Shown piece by piece: positions 25,468-39,000 of a stretch of DNA of 64,000 nucleotides. The position numbers were made by a program, and so were the translations under genes. This DNA comes from Pecten maximus (Eukaryota): the NCBI RefSeq assembly GCF_902652985.1, contig NC_047022.1, positions 42,408,001 to 42,472,000 of the forward strand, given 5' to 3'. The first letter of the stretch is position 1. Every line of letters begins with the position of its first letter. The notes below the pieces were generated by a model. The model was not told where the DNA came from. It did no database searches and worked only from the letters and a program-made list of their open reading frames with translations.

Positions 25468-28249
25468 CTACAGTTTGGGTTGTGCTGGTGCTGTTTTCAT
25501 AAAATGTTCTCGCACTTTATACACCACAACATTGGATTCTTCAAAATATGGAGCCAGTTTTGGTTTGACCCGTTCAGCCCAAGCATTCACATTGGGATTG
25601 GATTCAATAAACCTCTCTTCACCACAGGCATAAAGCTGCATTATCTCACATATCCCCAGGAGGTCTGCTATGGAAATGTCATCACCAGCTAGAAATGGTC
25701 GATTGTCCTTCAGGAAATACTGGTCTATTTGGCTGACGGTAATTCCAACACCTTTTCGGAAACCTTCCACCTTTTTCCAGTCAATTGGTTTATTCCTCAA
25801 CCTTGGTAGAATTGCCTGTGATGTAATGAGTAATCACATAAAAAGTCCTGTAATTATGAGTGAACCAGATAACATTAGCCTCGGCTATCAGCTAGATTAG
25901 AGTTACACTGCTTAAGTAATTACATATCATTTGTTTGGCAATAAGCTGATACCTGATAATAAGCCAACATACATATTATGTTCCATGCTATTGCATTGTC
26001 CTGAAATAAGCCCACCAAGTGTCTGACTTTGAATCAAAGTATCAGATATACATACCATTGCCCTACAAGAAGTGTTCGACTTGTAATTTTAGTACGAGAT
26101 ATATACAAGATTGTCCTACACTAGGTGTCTGACTTTTAATCAAAGTACAAGAAATACACACCATTGTCCTACAAGTATCTGACTGATATACACACCATTG
26201 TCCTACAATAAGTGTGACTTTTAATTTTAGTACGATATATACACAAGATTGTCCTACACTAGGTGTCTGACTTTTAATCAAAGTACAAGAAATACACACC
26301 ATTGTCCTACAACAAGTGTCTGACTTTTAATCTATGTTCGAGATATACCATTGTCCTACAATAAGTATCCAACTTTTAATCTTAAGTATGAGATTTACAC
26401 ACCATAGTCCTAAAATAAGTGTCTGACTTTTAATCAAAGTACAAGGTATACACACCATTGTCCTAGAATTAGTGTCTATACACACCATTGTCCTTCAATA
26501 AGCCCCCGAATTTTAATCTATTACTCCAAATTTTCAAACATAACTAAATGATGCACAACTACAGACCAACCTGAACCTACACATGAGATTGGAGCAAGAT
26601 CTGTAGTGATGACAGACCAGGTACAAAGAGTGATTTGAACAGCCCACCATCATCAGAAGGTCGGCTAATAAGATGATGGACCACACACCAAGAAAAAACA
26701 ATTCTGGTACCAATACTCACTAAATTTTGAAACAGCATAGCCATGTTGATTCTGGTGTTTAAATGTTGGTAGTTAATGAACTCGTCCACCCTTGCCTGAG
26801 CCTTGAAGTCAGTCTGCGGATACCAGTGGTCAGGAACATTGTATTTAGCAGCTAAATACTTCAGAATGGCCACACTACCAAGTACATTATATACACAGGA
26901 TTGATGTCCATTTTAACACGTACAATAGCCATAGCTATCATTCTTCAGTTTTAGTATATGTATGATATAGAAGATTTTTATATTTACCTTCCTACTTAAA
27001 CCTTTGTATTTACATCTGTGTAATTCAATGCCAGGGTACCTAACAACAACTACAATAAGGAGATCTCTTAAAAGTTTTGGGCAAGAGTTTCAGAATTGAT
27101 TCAGAAGATATTTAAAGAAAAACTAAATCATAATGAATCAACTTCATATCACTCCCAATCTGAAATCATATGCATTAAAGCTTTAACACTTCAATTATAA
27201 TCGTGTTTCTTTATACTTAGAGGTGACTTTCAAAGGATATGCTGTCAGAATACCTAAATATGTGTATAAAAATGATTTACTTATATTTAATGTCAAATTT
27301 TAGAGTTATAAGTTAGTCTCTCTCCCAATCAAGGGATGTTGACAAGTATAAGTCACATTATACTTGTCTTCTTTTATAATTAAGATACATTTAGAGAATA
27401 TGGATAAGCTAAATTATCTATATTCTATGACTGGTACAAGATCAATACAACTTCAAGAATTACACAACAACAAACATTAATGTGCTGCTGTACATACCTT
27501 TCTGTGAGGACGAAGCCATCATCATCTATGACTGGGACACGGCTGATGGGGTTGATCTTCTTAAATTCCTCACCCATATGTTCTCCTGTTCAATTCAAGG
27601 TTGAAGACGGATCATAACTTTGTAGTTAACACTAATTTTAGTAAAATGTCTTGGTCATGGTCGCCAATCAGAATAAAGGTACAAATTTAAGTATTAGGTA
27701 TGTTCTGTATTATACAGCTATTCATAATTACACAGATGTGTTTTTTTCCAGAAGATGCCGAAAATGTGTGTGAATTTGGATAAAACGACGGGGTCAAATT
27801 AGCAATTCATTGTTCTCTAAGGGAACATCCAACAACCACTGACTTGATATAAATCAATACAAAACCAAAGACTTGTTAGCTTGATTACTTACGAAGTAAT
27901 GATTGCGATGTCTAGTTTAATAACATGGTAGGAGGACGCTCGCAGTGTAATTATTTGAATAAATCACATGTTAGGCGTAATTTCAACAGCAAATAATGAA
28001 ATGAAGATGTCATGACATTTTGGTTGGCCCATACTTCAGAATAGGAGGCGGGGGTCATTATATAGGTCACCATGATAGGTTTGTTTCTTTGCTTTAAAAC
28101 ACAATGACACACAATAATATAGTATTGTTATACCAACCTTTTCTTAGTGCGACCGGTCTGTGTTCAAAAGGGATTTTGTTCAACTTCAGGAAGATGTAGA
28201 CAGCCCTGCAAGGCTGTGACATCAAATCATAGTAGTGTTTCAGCGCCAT
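25468..28249 (-). CDS. GSTT1: Glutathione S-transferase, theta class; exons 28138-28249, 27498-27585, 26721-26874, 25468-25815
   Basis: MALKHYYDLMSQPCRAVYIFLKLNKIPFEHRPVALRKGEHMGEEFKKINPISRVPVIDDDGFVLTESVAILKYLAAKYNVPDHWYP...AQARVDEFINYQH...FLAGDDISIADL. Theta motif SQPCRAV with catalytic Ser; GT-AG phases consistent. The symbol is family-level (GSTT1-like). Confidence 0.93.
26010..26505. repeat. Degenerate ~55-bp tandem repeat in GST intron 3
   Basis: Recurrent AAGTGTCTGACTTTTAATCAAAGTACAAGAAATACACACCATTGTCCTACAA. Confidence 0.8.
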
Positions 28250-29174
28250 ATTTGTTTAGAGGTAGGGAATAATATTGAAATGAAAGACGGATAATAAAAT
28301 ATCCGGATGATCGATGAAATATTCCATCAGATATTTTAACTATATTTTATCATTTGATATTATGGAACAAAAGATTTGATAAAAGTTAATATATGTTTAT
28401 ATATATATTAATAAGAAAAATAAATAAAAAAACAACAACACGTAAATTATGTAAGTAATTAACGAAACCATGAATTTAAACTCAAACTGATAAATAACGA
28501 AGGCAAAATATCAACACAAATAACGTAAAAAAGTAAAATAAGACCAGGTGGTCCGGAAGAGCAAGCGTTTATGACATCATGATGTCGACCATAAAACGTA
28601 TCGATTATAGATCAGTTGAGACGTGTAAACATTTAGCTTAGTTATAAAAAGTCTGTTACGGTTACGTTGTAGGTAAAGATCAAGGTAAGCGGCAGATGTT
28701 GAAAGTAGTATACCTATAGGTGAAATAGAAGGACTTGACAAGGCTCTATTACCTGCTCTGACAAAAGTAGCGCAGCTGTAGACATGCATGGAGTAGGGAT
28801 TACCACACCTCGATCAGACGTCTGCATCTGGTTATTATTTATAGAAACAACTCGTATCTCTTTCCACTAAAAAATAATTAACAGATGTAGACGAGTTTAT
28901 TCACGGAAGCGTACGATCTATTTCGACATAATGGGCTTGAGCGGTCAGTTCAAACACAATACCTTTGTCATCGAGCAGTTCCAAGATCAGACAGCTGACC
29001 ATCAACAGGTACAGTTTGGGCTTTGCAGATGACCGATTCCGGACAAATATAAACAGAATTGTTGTTGAAATCTTATCATCGAGAAACTGTTATGGGGAAA
29101 CGGTGAAAAAGGCCTATTGTGATACGGAATAAACACATGAGATAAAGATGTGGTAATTTCTACACGTGACATTT

Positions 29175-30110
29175 TGGCGTCCTCGGCAGGATCACATTAA
29201 CAAGAGACATGAGAGGGGATATGACGGATTCCGGTATGACGTACCTGGTGGACACTGGATACTGGTGATTGATTGGACAGTTCCAATGGCGAAAAGATCA
29301 TTTTAAACTTGTACGTTTAAAATTAGTGTTATATATTATCATATATTAGCAGATAACCAATTATTCAATTGTAATTACCTGTATGTTATTGTTGTTATTG
29401 TGTGTAGTTTTCATCGGGGAGTTTTTGACCAGGCCTGTCAATAAACCTGATTCGGACCGGATACATCAGAGTGTGGCCATAGATTTGAGTGACAGCAAGA
29501 CGTCCTACAACAATGATGATTTAGAGGACCATAACATTAACATGTTGTGGATGTACAAAGGTGGAGCCAAGACGTCAAGTCAATTTTAATTTTTCAAGCT
29601 GTTACTATCTGTTCTGAACAAGTACAATACTGTTTCTACGTTTGGTTGTCAACATGTGGCCATAGCAGGAAGAAACCACAACACATCAGAGGATGCGTTG
29701 AGCGACATTCGAGCTAATTACAAGTATTAAAAACGTTTTGACAGAAGGGGAAAAGGCAAGATTTTTGATTGACACCGGCTCGCAAATTTCGACCATTACC
29801 GAAAATTTCTTTAGGAAATTGGTTGGGAAGAAATCTGAGTTGATAGAGTTACCAAATGGATGATATTTGCTGGTGCAAACGAATTGGAAGTTCCATTTAT
29901 TTGATATGTGGAGGTCGACATTGACATCGTCGATCGGAAAGTACCCGGCAATGGCATGTTGTTTGTGTAGGATCCGATGGACTTGTACATAATCAATCGC
30001 AAGGAAATTAAAGGTTCCAGGTTGATAAGAGAGCAACTTCTTTGAATTGATAAAGAAGTAACTGATACTGACAAGGACAAGACGACAAGAGAAAATGTTA
30101 CCAGCGAGAA
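29175..30110 (+). mobile_element. Decayed Gypsy-like LTR retrotransposon: primer-binding site and gag/aspartic protease relic
   Basis: TGGCGTCCTCGGCAGGAT (PBS-like) follows an LTR-like end ...GTGACA. From ~29750 it reads KARFLIDTGSQISTITENFF, then after a frameshift AGANELEVPFI*YVEVDIDI...GMLFV*DP (retropepsin DTG motif with stops). Confidence 0.8.
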
Positions 30111-30551
30111 ATCGTGGATGGAGATCTCACATATGTACACGAGACGCTACCACAGCACGTGGTCTGTTTGTCTCCGTGTAAATACACGAGATGCTACCAC
30201 AACACGTGGTCTGTTGTCTCCATGTAAATACCGTGTACAAACAATTCAAACATCAGATATAAATTGTACATGAATAAAACATTCACAAGAAGATTCCCAG
30301 ATTAAGGTTGAACGTCTTCAATATTGACTCTAAATGATTAATTGTGTATACGTATGGGTGATATTTTTCATGCACCATACACATCTTTAAGCAATGTCTG
30401 AGTTATTCCCATCGTAAGATTGTAGCTTAGAAGGCAGGACAGATGAATTTGTACTGGAATTCGGAAGTTTGTTGACCAAACCTCTTCGTGTGACGTCTAC
30501 AGATATGAGTTATCTTACCGACATCACAATATAACTAACAAGACTGTCAAC

Positions 30552-30609
30552 ATGGCGGTCACAGTCCTGTTGCTGTGTTTTGGTCTTCTGGTGTCGGACA
30601 GTTACGGAG
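30552..30609 (+). other. Orphan copy of the protease signal-peptide exon 1, inside a duplicated block (30349-31936 vs 35344-36181)
   Basis: ATGGCGGTC...TACGGAG|GTAACA = [19 protein letters not shown]; near-identical to 35556-35613 and 53908-53965; no downstream exons of its own. Confidence 0.85.
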
Positions 30610-30834
30610 GTAACATCTCTTCTCTCGTTAAATAATCGACGTTTCCCGTCTACATTTTTATATCATATATATAGAAACTCGTGTGTAGAGGCCGGGATAA
30701 CCAATGTACTTTAACACTAAGTATGTATGTATTATAGGATCCGAAATGAGAGTGGAAAATAATTTCTCGGTTGACAAATTATATTTTCCGGTTTTAAAAG
30801 GCGAACGCCTGTGGATATTTAACATTTTCGCCGG

Positions 30835-31382
30835 CCCTCACTTCAAGTTCTTTTTGTTTTTCACTATATGTAAATATATATGAAAACGAACCATAATCAC
30901 ATTAAAAATTAATCATTACAAAAAGTAATTTACCTGTTATAGAATTTCCTCAAATTGATTCTGTAGAAATCATATATGGAACGTTTTTACAGAAGTATAA
31001 GATATAGACTGTGATTACAACTATACTAATTAAAGTTGAAAATGTTGGATACATTTAACTTTTTTTTTTTTTTTTTAAATATTGCACGTTTTTCTAATTT
31101 GATGTATCACAGCGCTTATCACATGCCTGTCAATAGGACATATTTGGCATCAAATTAACAGTAAATTTATACACTGTAAACTGTTATAATTGATTTTCAA
31201 ATTTACATTTTCTGAAAATCATTTACTATTTTGTTAGGGTACCTTCTTCACTCAACCTGGTGTTATCCAAGGAGGTCCACTATACGGCTCTCAGTATCAA
31301 TAATGGCTTGTTATTTGTGTGGTTATGGTTCATTTTCATGTATCTAAAATGATGAACAAATAGAAGAAATTGAAGTGGGGTC
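30835..31382. mobile_element. Old MITE-like insertion with long imperfect inverted repeats
   Basis: CCTCACTTCAAGTTCT...ATGAAAACGAACCATAATCACA mirrors TGTGGTTATGGTTCATTTTCAT...AGAAATTGAAGTGGGG; absent from the paralogous intron at ~54.1 kb. Confidence 0.6.
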
Positions 31383-31932
31383 TAAATGTTGACACCACTT
31401 TTCATGTCATTTCTTATAGAGAATACATTTGATTTAAGATGGCATTCGGCATATTTGGTGTTTAAAAATGAAAATGCTTTTCTTGCTATTTCCTCCTTGG
31501 CGATGTTTTCACATCCACATACCAAAGTAATCAAAATGTCATTATTTGATGCGAGTCAGATGTGACCCATGGAACATAGCCATGTTTACCCAGTTCTGTA
31601 CACTGAGATCTACTGCAGATTGTATTACACTTTGATTTATAAAGTGACATATTTATCATACATACACATAAAATAGGAAGCATCAGCATATTTAACAAAA
31701 ATAAAACACAAGTGAGCTGTATATAACATTTGAAACTGAGGGGCACCAAAACAACATGTAAACCATTGTTTACAAGGTGTTTCGAATTCTTATTTTTCCT
31801 GTTACATGTCGACTCCACGAAGGTATGAAGTTGATAGACAGTGTTTGCTGTGTTCGTGCTATTGGTAATTTATTGGTTTATAACAAGGGTGAGAAAGCAC
31901 TTAACTCATCCTCACAACAACACAATCATCCG

Positions 31933-32113
31933 TTATTTTTTATTAGAATGTCCTATATATAATATAAGGAACGATATGTTAATAAAGTTGAATCATTATC
32001 AACCAATACAACTGGATACTCTCCTGTATGGGCATTTCTATCTGAAACCGGAACATAACAAAATTATTTTTGAGAGTGTCCAAGAATTCATTCATGCTAG
32101 TAACAGATTTTAA
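31933..32113 (+). mobile_element. 3' fragment of a CR1-like LINE ORF2
   Basis: YFLLECPIYNIRNDML...LLYGHFYLKPEHNKIIFESVQEFIHASNRF*, a typical C-terminus of invertebrate CR1-group ORF2. Confidence 0.7.
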
Positions 32114-32304
32114 ATATATCCCTGCAGAATAGGTGAGACTATAAGACTATTTTAAACACATTATATCATACAAATGCTCTTAGTATTCCATCTCCTATAT
32201 TCCTGTCTTTCTATTAATTCCCTACACAATTCTATCACCGTCCTTTCTTGAACGTTACGAATTGATATTTTTGTATAAACTGTCCACCATTTTTTTGATT
32301 TGTA

Positions 32305-35300
32305 AAATCCCGCTGTAGTGGTGGATCTCATGGCTCGGCAGGAACTGAATTGGTATTTGGTAACAGACTATTAGAGACCCTGCCGCTTTGGCGTTTCACT
32401 GGGGAGAGTACTTTGCTGGTATCTACTCTCATTCAACAGATCCCTGCTTTGACAATGACTTTAAGTTACCGTCGACTGCCCTGCAGGTAGGGCGTATGAA
32501 TTGTACCTGCTGCCCCCATTGCATGATCGTAAGAGGCGACTAAATTTGGGATCTTATCTTTTCTCTTCTTTCTGAACAACTTTCTTCTTCCTAATGTCTC
32601 CCTTGACAATGCCTCACTTTTGGCCTTTAGTTGAGCGTTCGCCCCTGGGAGGAAGGCTTTGGGCAGTGTCCCCTAGCCGAGACATACCAGAGTCTTTGAA
32701 AAATGGTAGTTGCTGCTCCTTGCTTAGCGCTCAGCATATTAGGAGTGGGACGACTGCATGGTTCGCCCGTTGTCAGTATAATGTGACCGGGTGGGGTGTG
32801 CTGCTGGGTGTCTTCGGCAGTATGCTTCAGTGAGGTAGCACTATAAATCGGCAAAAGTTCCGGCCTATCACAAGGAGACTTAACACGAACATACCGCAGC
32901 CTCCCAAACACACATACGCACTCATCACACGCATGCACGTCGCACGCAAGGGAGGCCGTCCTTAAATGACCTCAGCTGTTAATAGGACGTTAAACAAAAT
33001 AAACCAAACCAAACCAAACCAAATTATCCGTCGAGTCCCAGTTAGATGTATTCTCAAGTGTTGATGCTAAGTCTCGCGAGTGTAGCGAAATAAATTTTAC
33101 GGTAGAGGAAGTCAGACAAGTTTGTAAAACTCTTCCCCGTGGAAAGGCTCCTGGCATAGACTCGTTAGTGTATGAAAATCTTATATATATATATGTGACT
33201 CTTTGTATGTCTGTCTTTGTAACTTATTTAATGCATTTGCAAAATTTGAATATGTTCCCGTTTCTCTCAAGCATGGTTTGATTTGCACGTTATATAAGGG
33301 GCATAATAAACCAAAACGAGATCCTAATAGTTATAGAGCAATCTCACTTTTACCGGTTATATTAAAGGTTTACGAGAAGCTACTTTTAGCAAGATTAGAG
33401 TCTTCCAATCTGTTTCATGTTAATCCTTTACAACATGGATTTCAAAAACAAGTTAGTAGTACAATGACCTCATACATCATGCAAGAAAGTATTGCGTACG
33501 CAGCTGAACATAATAGTAAGTTGTTCACTTGCTTTTTGGATGCGTCAAAAGCCTTTGATTGTGTTTGGCTCGACGGTCTGTTTTTTTAAACTTTACGTTT
33601 AGGTTTCAGTAGAACGTTTGTAAGCGTAATTATGTCTTTATACAAAGATATGTCTAGTGTTGTTATACATCAAAGTTTCATGTCAAATACGTTTAAGATA
33701 TGCCAGGGAACCCGTCAGGGCAGTATTATCTCCCCTTGGCTGTATTCAGTTTATATCAACGATCTGTTGAACGATATTTGTAACTCGCAGTATGCACTAA
33801 CTATTTCTGATGTGAACGTTTCATGTCCTACACAAGCGGATGATATATGTCTTTTATCTCTTTCTAAACGCAACCTAGATATGCTTATAGAGCTTTGTCA
33901 CTTATACAGTTGTAAGTGGAGGTTCAAATATAACGCCTCCAAATCTGTAATTGTTATTTTTAACGAAAAACTTGATACTCGGGCACATTCTTGCCGCAGA
34001 TGGTACTTGGGTATCAATGATATTTTGGAGTCGACAAATGCTAAGCATGTTGGTATTTACTTGAATAAGTTAAAGCCAGGTCGACCTGATGTTGATGAAG
34101 TTATCAACAAATTGCGTGGTCAGTGTTTTGCCCTGTTAAACTGTAATTTATTTGGTCCTAGTATAAATCCTCTTACAGTGGTTCACCTATCTCTCTGGCA
34201 ATTCCTAGAAGCTGTTTTGCGTGTGAGCTGTGGTGCTCGTTGTCCAATTCTGATTGGCGACGCTTGGAAGCAGTTCATCACCTTTGTGCTAAACTCATAC
34301 AGAATTTTCCCCTGAGGACCAGATCAGATATGGCTCTAGGTATGCTAGGCTTGACGTCTCTCCGTTTGTATGAAGATCAAAGTAAGCTTCGGTTTTTGGG
34401 GGCATTGTGTAGAACCAAGGGAAACTTTGCTTCTAAGCAACTGTTTTTGTTGCGACTACATCAAAAACGCCTCGGTGTTTACAAAGCCGATTATGGTTTT
34501 ATTAATGATGCTTGGGATATTCTACAAAAGTATGACATTCAAGAGTTTTTATTTGATTTCCTGTATTCTGGTAAATTTCCTTCTAAGTTCCGGTGGAAAT
34601 ACATTGTTAAATATACTCTGCTGTGTCAGGAATTGCATGCTTGGCAATCTCGGCTTGTTGGTTCCTCGGAGTTTGATAGATTTAGGAAACTTCATCATGA
34701 CTTAGTGCCATCTGTCATCTGGTCATTTCCAAAACATCACCAAAAATTCAATAGCATTTGCAAAACCGTGGGTAAAATGTGGATACTCCCCCCTTTATGT
34801 GAGCTATTGTGTGCTCGGTGCAATGGCACGTAAAAAAAAAAAAAAGATGCAGTCGCCCATTGCCTACTAGACTGTAGGGAGTCTGTCTTATCAAACTTAC
34901 GAGAAAATCTTATGATGGATATGGTTAATAAATATCCTGTTCATGTATAGGTGTCTTTCGATCAGGCTGACAGAGATGTCCAGATATGCACTTTATTGGG
35001 TGCTCCGAGCAAATCAATTTGTGACTTATTTGAAAATGACCCTTCATTATTTGAATTTTTTTTATTAAAGACTGCCTTATTTTTGCAGCAAATGCTTACA
35101 AAATGACATTTCAATAATGTAATATTCAGGGAACAGTTTTGTTGTTTTTACATACTGTAATGTTTAATCCATGACGTAAATGTCATTATCACCTTATATT
35201 GATTCCTTGCACCTATTTGTGGCCATGTTTTTGGCTTTTTCTTCTTTTTTGATTACACTTTATTGTCACTTATTCTTATATTTGTACTCTTCATATTTTG

Positions 35301-35344
35301 GAGGAAATAAAGAAATGAATGAATGAATGAATGAATGAATGAAT
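32305..35344 (+). mobile_element. 5'-truncated, frameshifted LINE (RTE-X/L2-like reverse transcriptase) with (TGAA)n tail; hosts a SINE
   Basis: WGEYFAGIY...FDNDFK, KAPGIDSLVYE, YRAISLLPVILKVYEK, QHGFQK, FLDASKAFDCVW, QGTRQGSIISP, QADDI; C-terminal Cys/His motif; AATAAA then (TGAA)n to 35344; several frameshifts. Confidence 0.92.
32476..33022 (+). mobile_element. SINE (V-domain-like central region, (AACCA)n tail) nested in the LINE
   Basis: GC-richer 547-bp block with AAATGGTAGTTGCTGCTCCTTGCTTAGCGCTCAGCAT core and 3' AATAGGACGTTAAAC...(AAACC)n; flanked by imperfect target duplication TTA(T)CCGTCGA; the LINE frame resumes across it. A related tail fragment lies at ~23560-23618. Confidence 0.8.
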
Positions 35345-38300
35345 ACGTATGGATGATATTTTCCATGCACCATACACATCTTTAAGCAATGTCTGAGTTA
35401 TTCCCATCGTAAGATTGTAGCTTAGAAGGCAGGACAGATGAATTTGTACTGGAATTCGGAAGTTTGTTGACCAAACCTCTTCGTGTGACGTCTACAGATA
35501 TGAGTTATCTTACCGACATCACAATATAACTTGGATTTCTAACAAGACTGTCAACATGGCGGTGACAGTCCTGTTGCTGTGTTTTGGTCTTATGGTTTCG
35601 GACAGTTACGGAGGTAACATATCTTCTCTCGTTAGATAATCGACGCTTCAAGTCTATATTTTTATATCATATATATAGAAACTCGTGTGTAGAGGCCGGG
35701 ATAACCAATGTACTTTAACACTAAGTATGTATGTATTATAGGATCCGAAATGAGGGTGGAAAATAATTTCTCGGTTGACAAATTATATTTTCCGGTTTTA
35801 TTTGATGCGAGTCAGATGTGACCCATGGAACATAGCCATGTTTACCCAATTCTGTACACTGAGATCTACTGTAGATTAAAGTACACGTTGATTCATAAAA
35901 CAACATGTTTATCATACAAATAAAATTTAAAACATTACCATATTTTAACAAAAATAAAACACAAGTAAGATGTAAATAACATCAGTAACTGAGGGACACG
36001 AAAACAACATGTAAATCATTGTTTCCAAGGTGTTCCTAAATCTTTTTTTTATGTCGCCTCCACGAAGGTATGAAGTTGATAGACATTGTTTGCTGTGTTC
36101 GTGCTATTGGTAATTTATTGGTTTATAACAAGGGTGAGAAAGCACTTCACTCATCATCACAACAACACAATCATCCGTTATGCTTTCAACAAGCATGTTC
36201 TAAATGTCAATAATACATTATGAAAATTTACATAAATTATACCAGTAAATGTACAGGTTTTACGTAACTCTTATTAGCCTCAAATATATATCGGATAAGT
36301 TTGCGAAGATCACTGATATCATCAACACTTAGTAAGCTAAAAAGTTTATACATTGAAAATTTCGCAAGTTATATGGTTTTATGTATTTGAATATGATATG
36401 ATAATTCCTGTCATCTAAACGTAAAATGATATGCGTCTTCTTCATTCATTTGCATGTTTGATCGCTATCTAAGTGTGTCAGGGTTAGACCAATGACACGG
36501 TGAGGAATTACAGGACCGTCTGTTCGGTTACACGACACAAATATATGACCTTCACAGGCATTCTTAGCTGCTTCAGTCACGCTAATAAATATTAAATTAG
36601 ATAAATATACACACGTTTTTACATACCCTATATAATTTTAGCCAACCAATTATGACTCTAATCACCTGTCTTAAAATTTACATGTTTAAGAGTTGCTATT
36701 GACGATTTATAGAAGATTATTTGTGAAGTTTACAATGGCACATTTTAAGACTCACCGTTTGATCACCAAATATTCCCCACCCATCATCATTGAATCCCTC
36801 AAGAATGTATACTTTCCATTGAATTTATATCCCTTAAGAATGTTACTTCCATTAAATTCGTATCCCTTAAGAATGTATGGTTCCATCATATATCCCTTAT
36901 AGTCCCAGATGTTTTATGAAATGGAAAAAAAAGCAATAATAGTTATGAAGTTGGGACGCCATGATCATTTAATAAATTGTTGTTGAATTTCCTTTTGTGT
37001 ATGTTTTAGATTCTGGCCATTCTGGTTGTGGCGGACCTGCCCAACTAACACATAACCACGGACATTTCTCGTCGACCAGAAACGCGTCAGTGACATTGTA
37101 CGAAAATGATATCCAGTGTCATTGGAGGATCCACTCTACATCCGGAAAAATTATCCGGCTCCGGGCTCTGTCTTTTGATTTAGAAGATGATAACGAGTAC
37201 GTTGTTTCTCTTCTGTCCATTCATTAAGGGAATGCGACTTTTAATCTGTAAACGAAACAGACCATTTTGATTATAAATATCTCTGACAACAGTTTCTATT
37301 CTTTTACATTTCATTAGAATAACACCATTGAATTTGACTTTGTTCATTATTCATTAAACACAATGCTATTGCTTAGTGATATGTAGAACATGTTGTAATT
37401 GCCTACATTGGACTGTGTTTTTAAATTTGCATTCACTACGATTGTATTTACATAAATGTTATTTCAGCATTCCCTTTATATATGTACGAGTGATTGTCTT
37501 GGAAAGTTTACCAGGGATGTAATCAAAAGCTAAGGTTATATTGATCAACATATTTTGACTGTGTTAACCGTAATTCACTGTATAATAATATATTGGTAGA
37601 TATCATAATTTTGTTAATTAGAGCACTCGACGTTTATAGATAGCTAAAACAGATGATACCTTTCTCCTCGGACTGATACATGTATCTCGTGGATGTTTTT
37701 AAATGATTTCGTCGTCTCTTCCTTTGGTGCATATCTTCATATAATTCTATAAAACAGATAGAACAATATAATTGTTGTCTCCCCCAGGTGCGACAATGAT
37801 TACTTAGCCGTATACGACGGGAAGAACACACGATCCAATCTCATTGGGAAGTTCTGTGGTAACGCCAGCGTGGAGCTCATATCATCCCACCGATACCTGT
37901 CCCTGTTTTTTGTAACCAACAGTCACAGACAATCTACAGGATTCAAATTCACCTACGACTTCGTACAAGCGTCAAGTAAGATTTAACTAAGAAAGCCAAT
38001 CCTGATGACATACATATTATTCAATTAATTCATAAAAAATCAGACTATTTCTGAATGATTTTCTCATCTACAATGTACTTTAAAATATAGTTTATTTAAA
38101 AAACAGGACATAATTATTGACACGTAAGGAGAATTGTGATTCTAACTCAAAGTCAATCACAAGGATAAACAAACCAATTGTTTTATAGATAACACCTTAT
38201 ATATATATCTAATTCAATGAAGCTAGCTGTAATACAGCCTGAATATTGTCTGAACCCTACAAATTAATAATAATGGTTTGATGTGTTCATCTTCACGTAG

Positions 38301-38559
38301 CTGGATGTGGAGGGAACTTTTACAGATGTGCTAACAACCGGTGTGTCCCCAAACTTGGAATCTGTGACGGACACAACCAGTGTGGCGATGCCAGCGACGA
38401 AGAAAACTGTGCTGCATCCGGTACGTAACTTGAACGCTCTACCGCAGCATTCCCCCACCATGTTCTTATAAATGTACCAGATAGAAATAATATTGAACTA
38501 GACATGTATCTATTGTAAACGGAAACGACTAACGGACTCTCTTGGTAAATGCTTATACA

Positions 38560-39000
38560 ACGATCCTACAACAAGTTTTGACATTATTAGATCTGTTGTA
38601 AATCAGGGTGTGTTATATGGGAGCGAACTGTGGAACAGGTATACAAATAAATATGTTGAAGATTTAGGACTCGTGTATATATATGCGTATTGGATAATCG
38701 AAAAGGTCTTTAACTTCATTAACCACTAAATGTTTAGGAGCTTTCAATATCTGGAGCGAGGTAAACATTTAAAAAAGTTATTTTGGAACAAGTTCTCTCT
38801 AGGAAGGACTCAGTTTGTGTGGAGGTAATTGTTTATTATAAGATTTTATCAGTTCATGTTCGGAGAACTATTTGATGGACAAATAGGATTTATTCCAGAT
38901 TTATTTATCATTATGAAGAAGTTAAACACAGAATCTTTCATAATTGAATTTTTAGCAAATATATTTGTACCGCAAAATCATGCTGGAAGCGCTTTTTAAC
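38560..39000 (+). mobile_element. Degraded LINE fragment in copy A intron 4
   Basis: SVVNQGVLYGSELWN motif at ~38593 amid stops; absent from the copy B intron. Confidence 0.55.
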
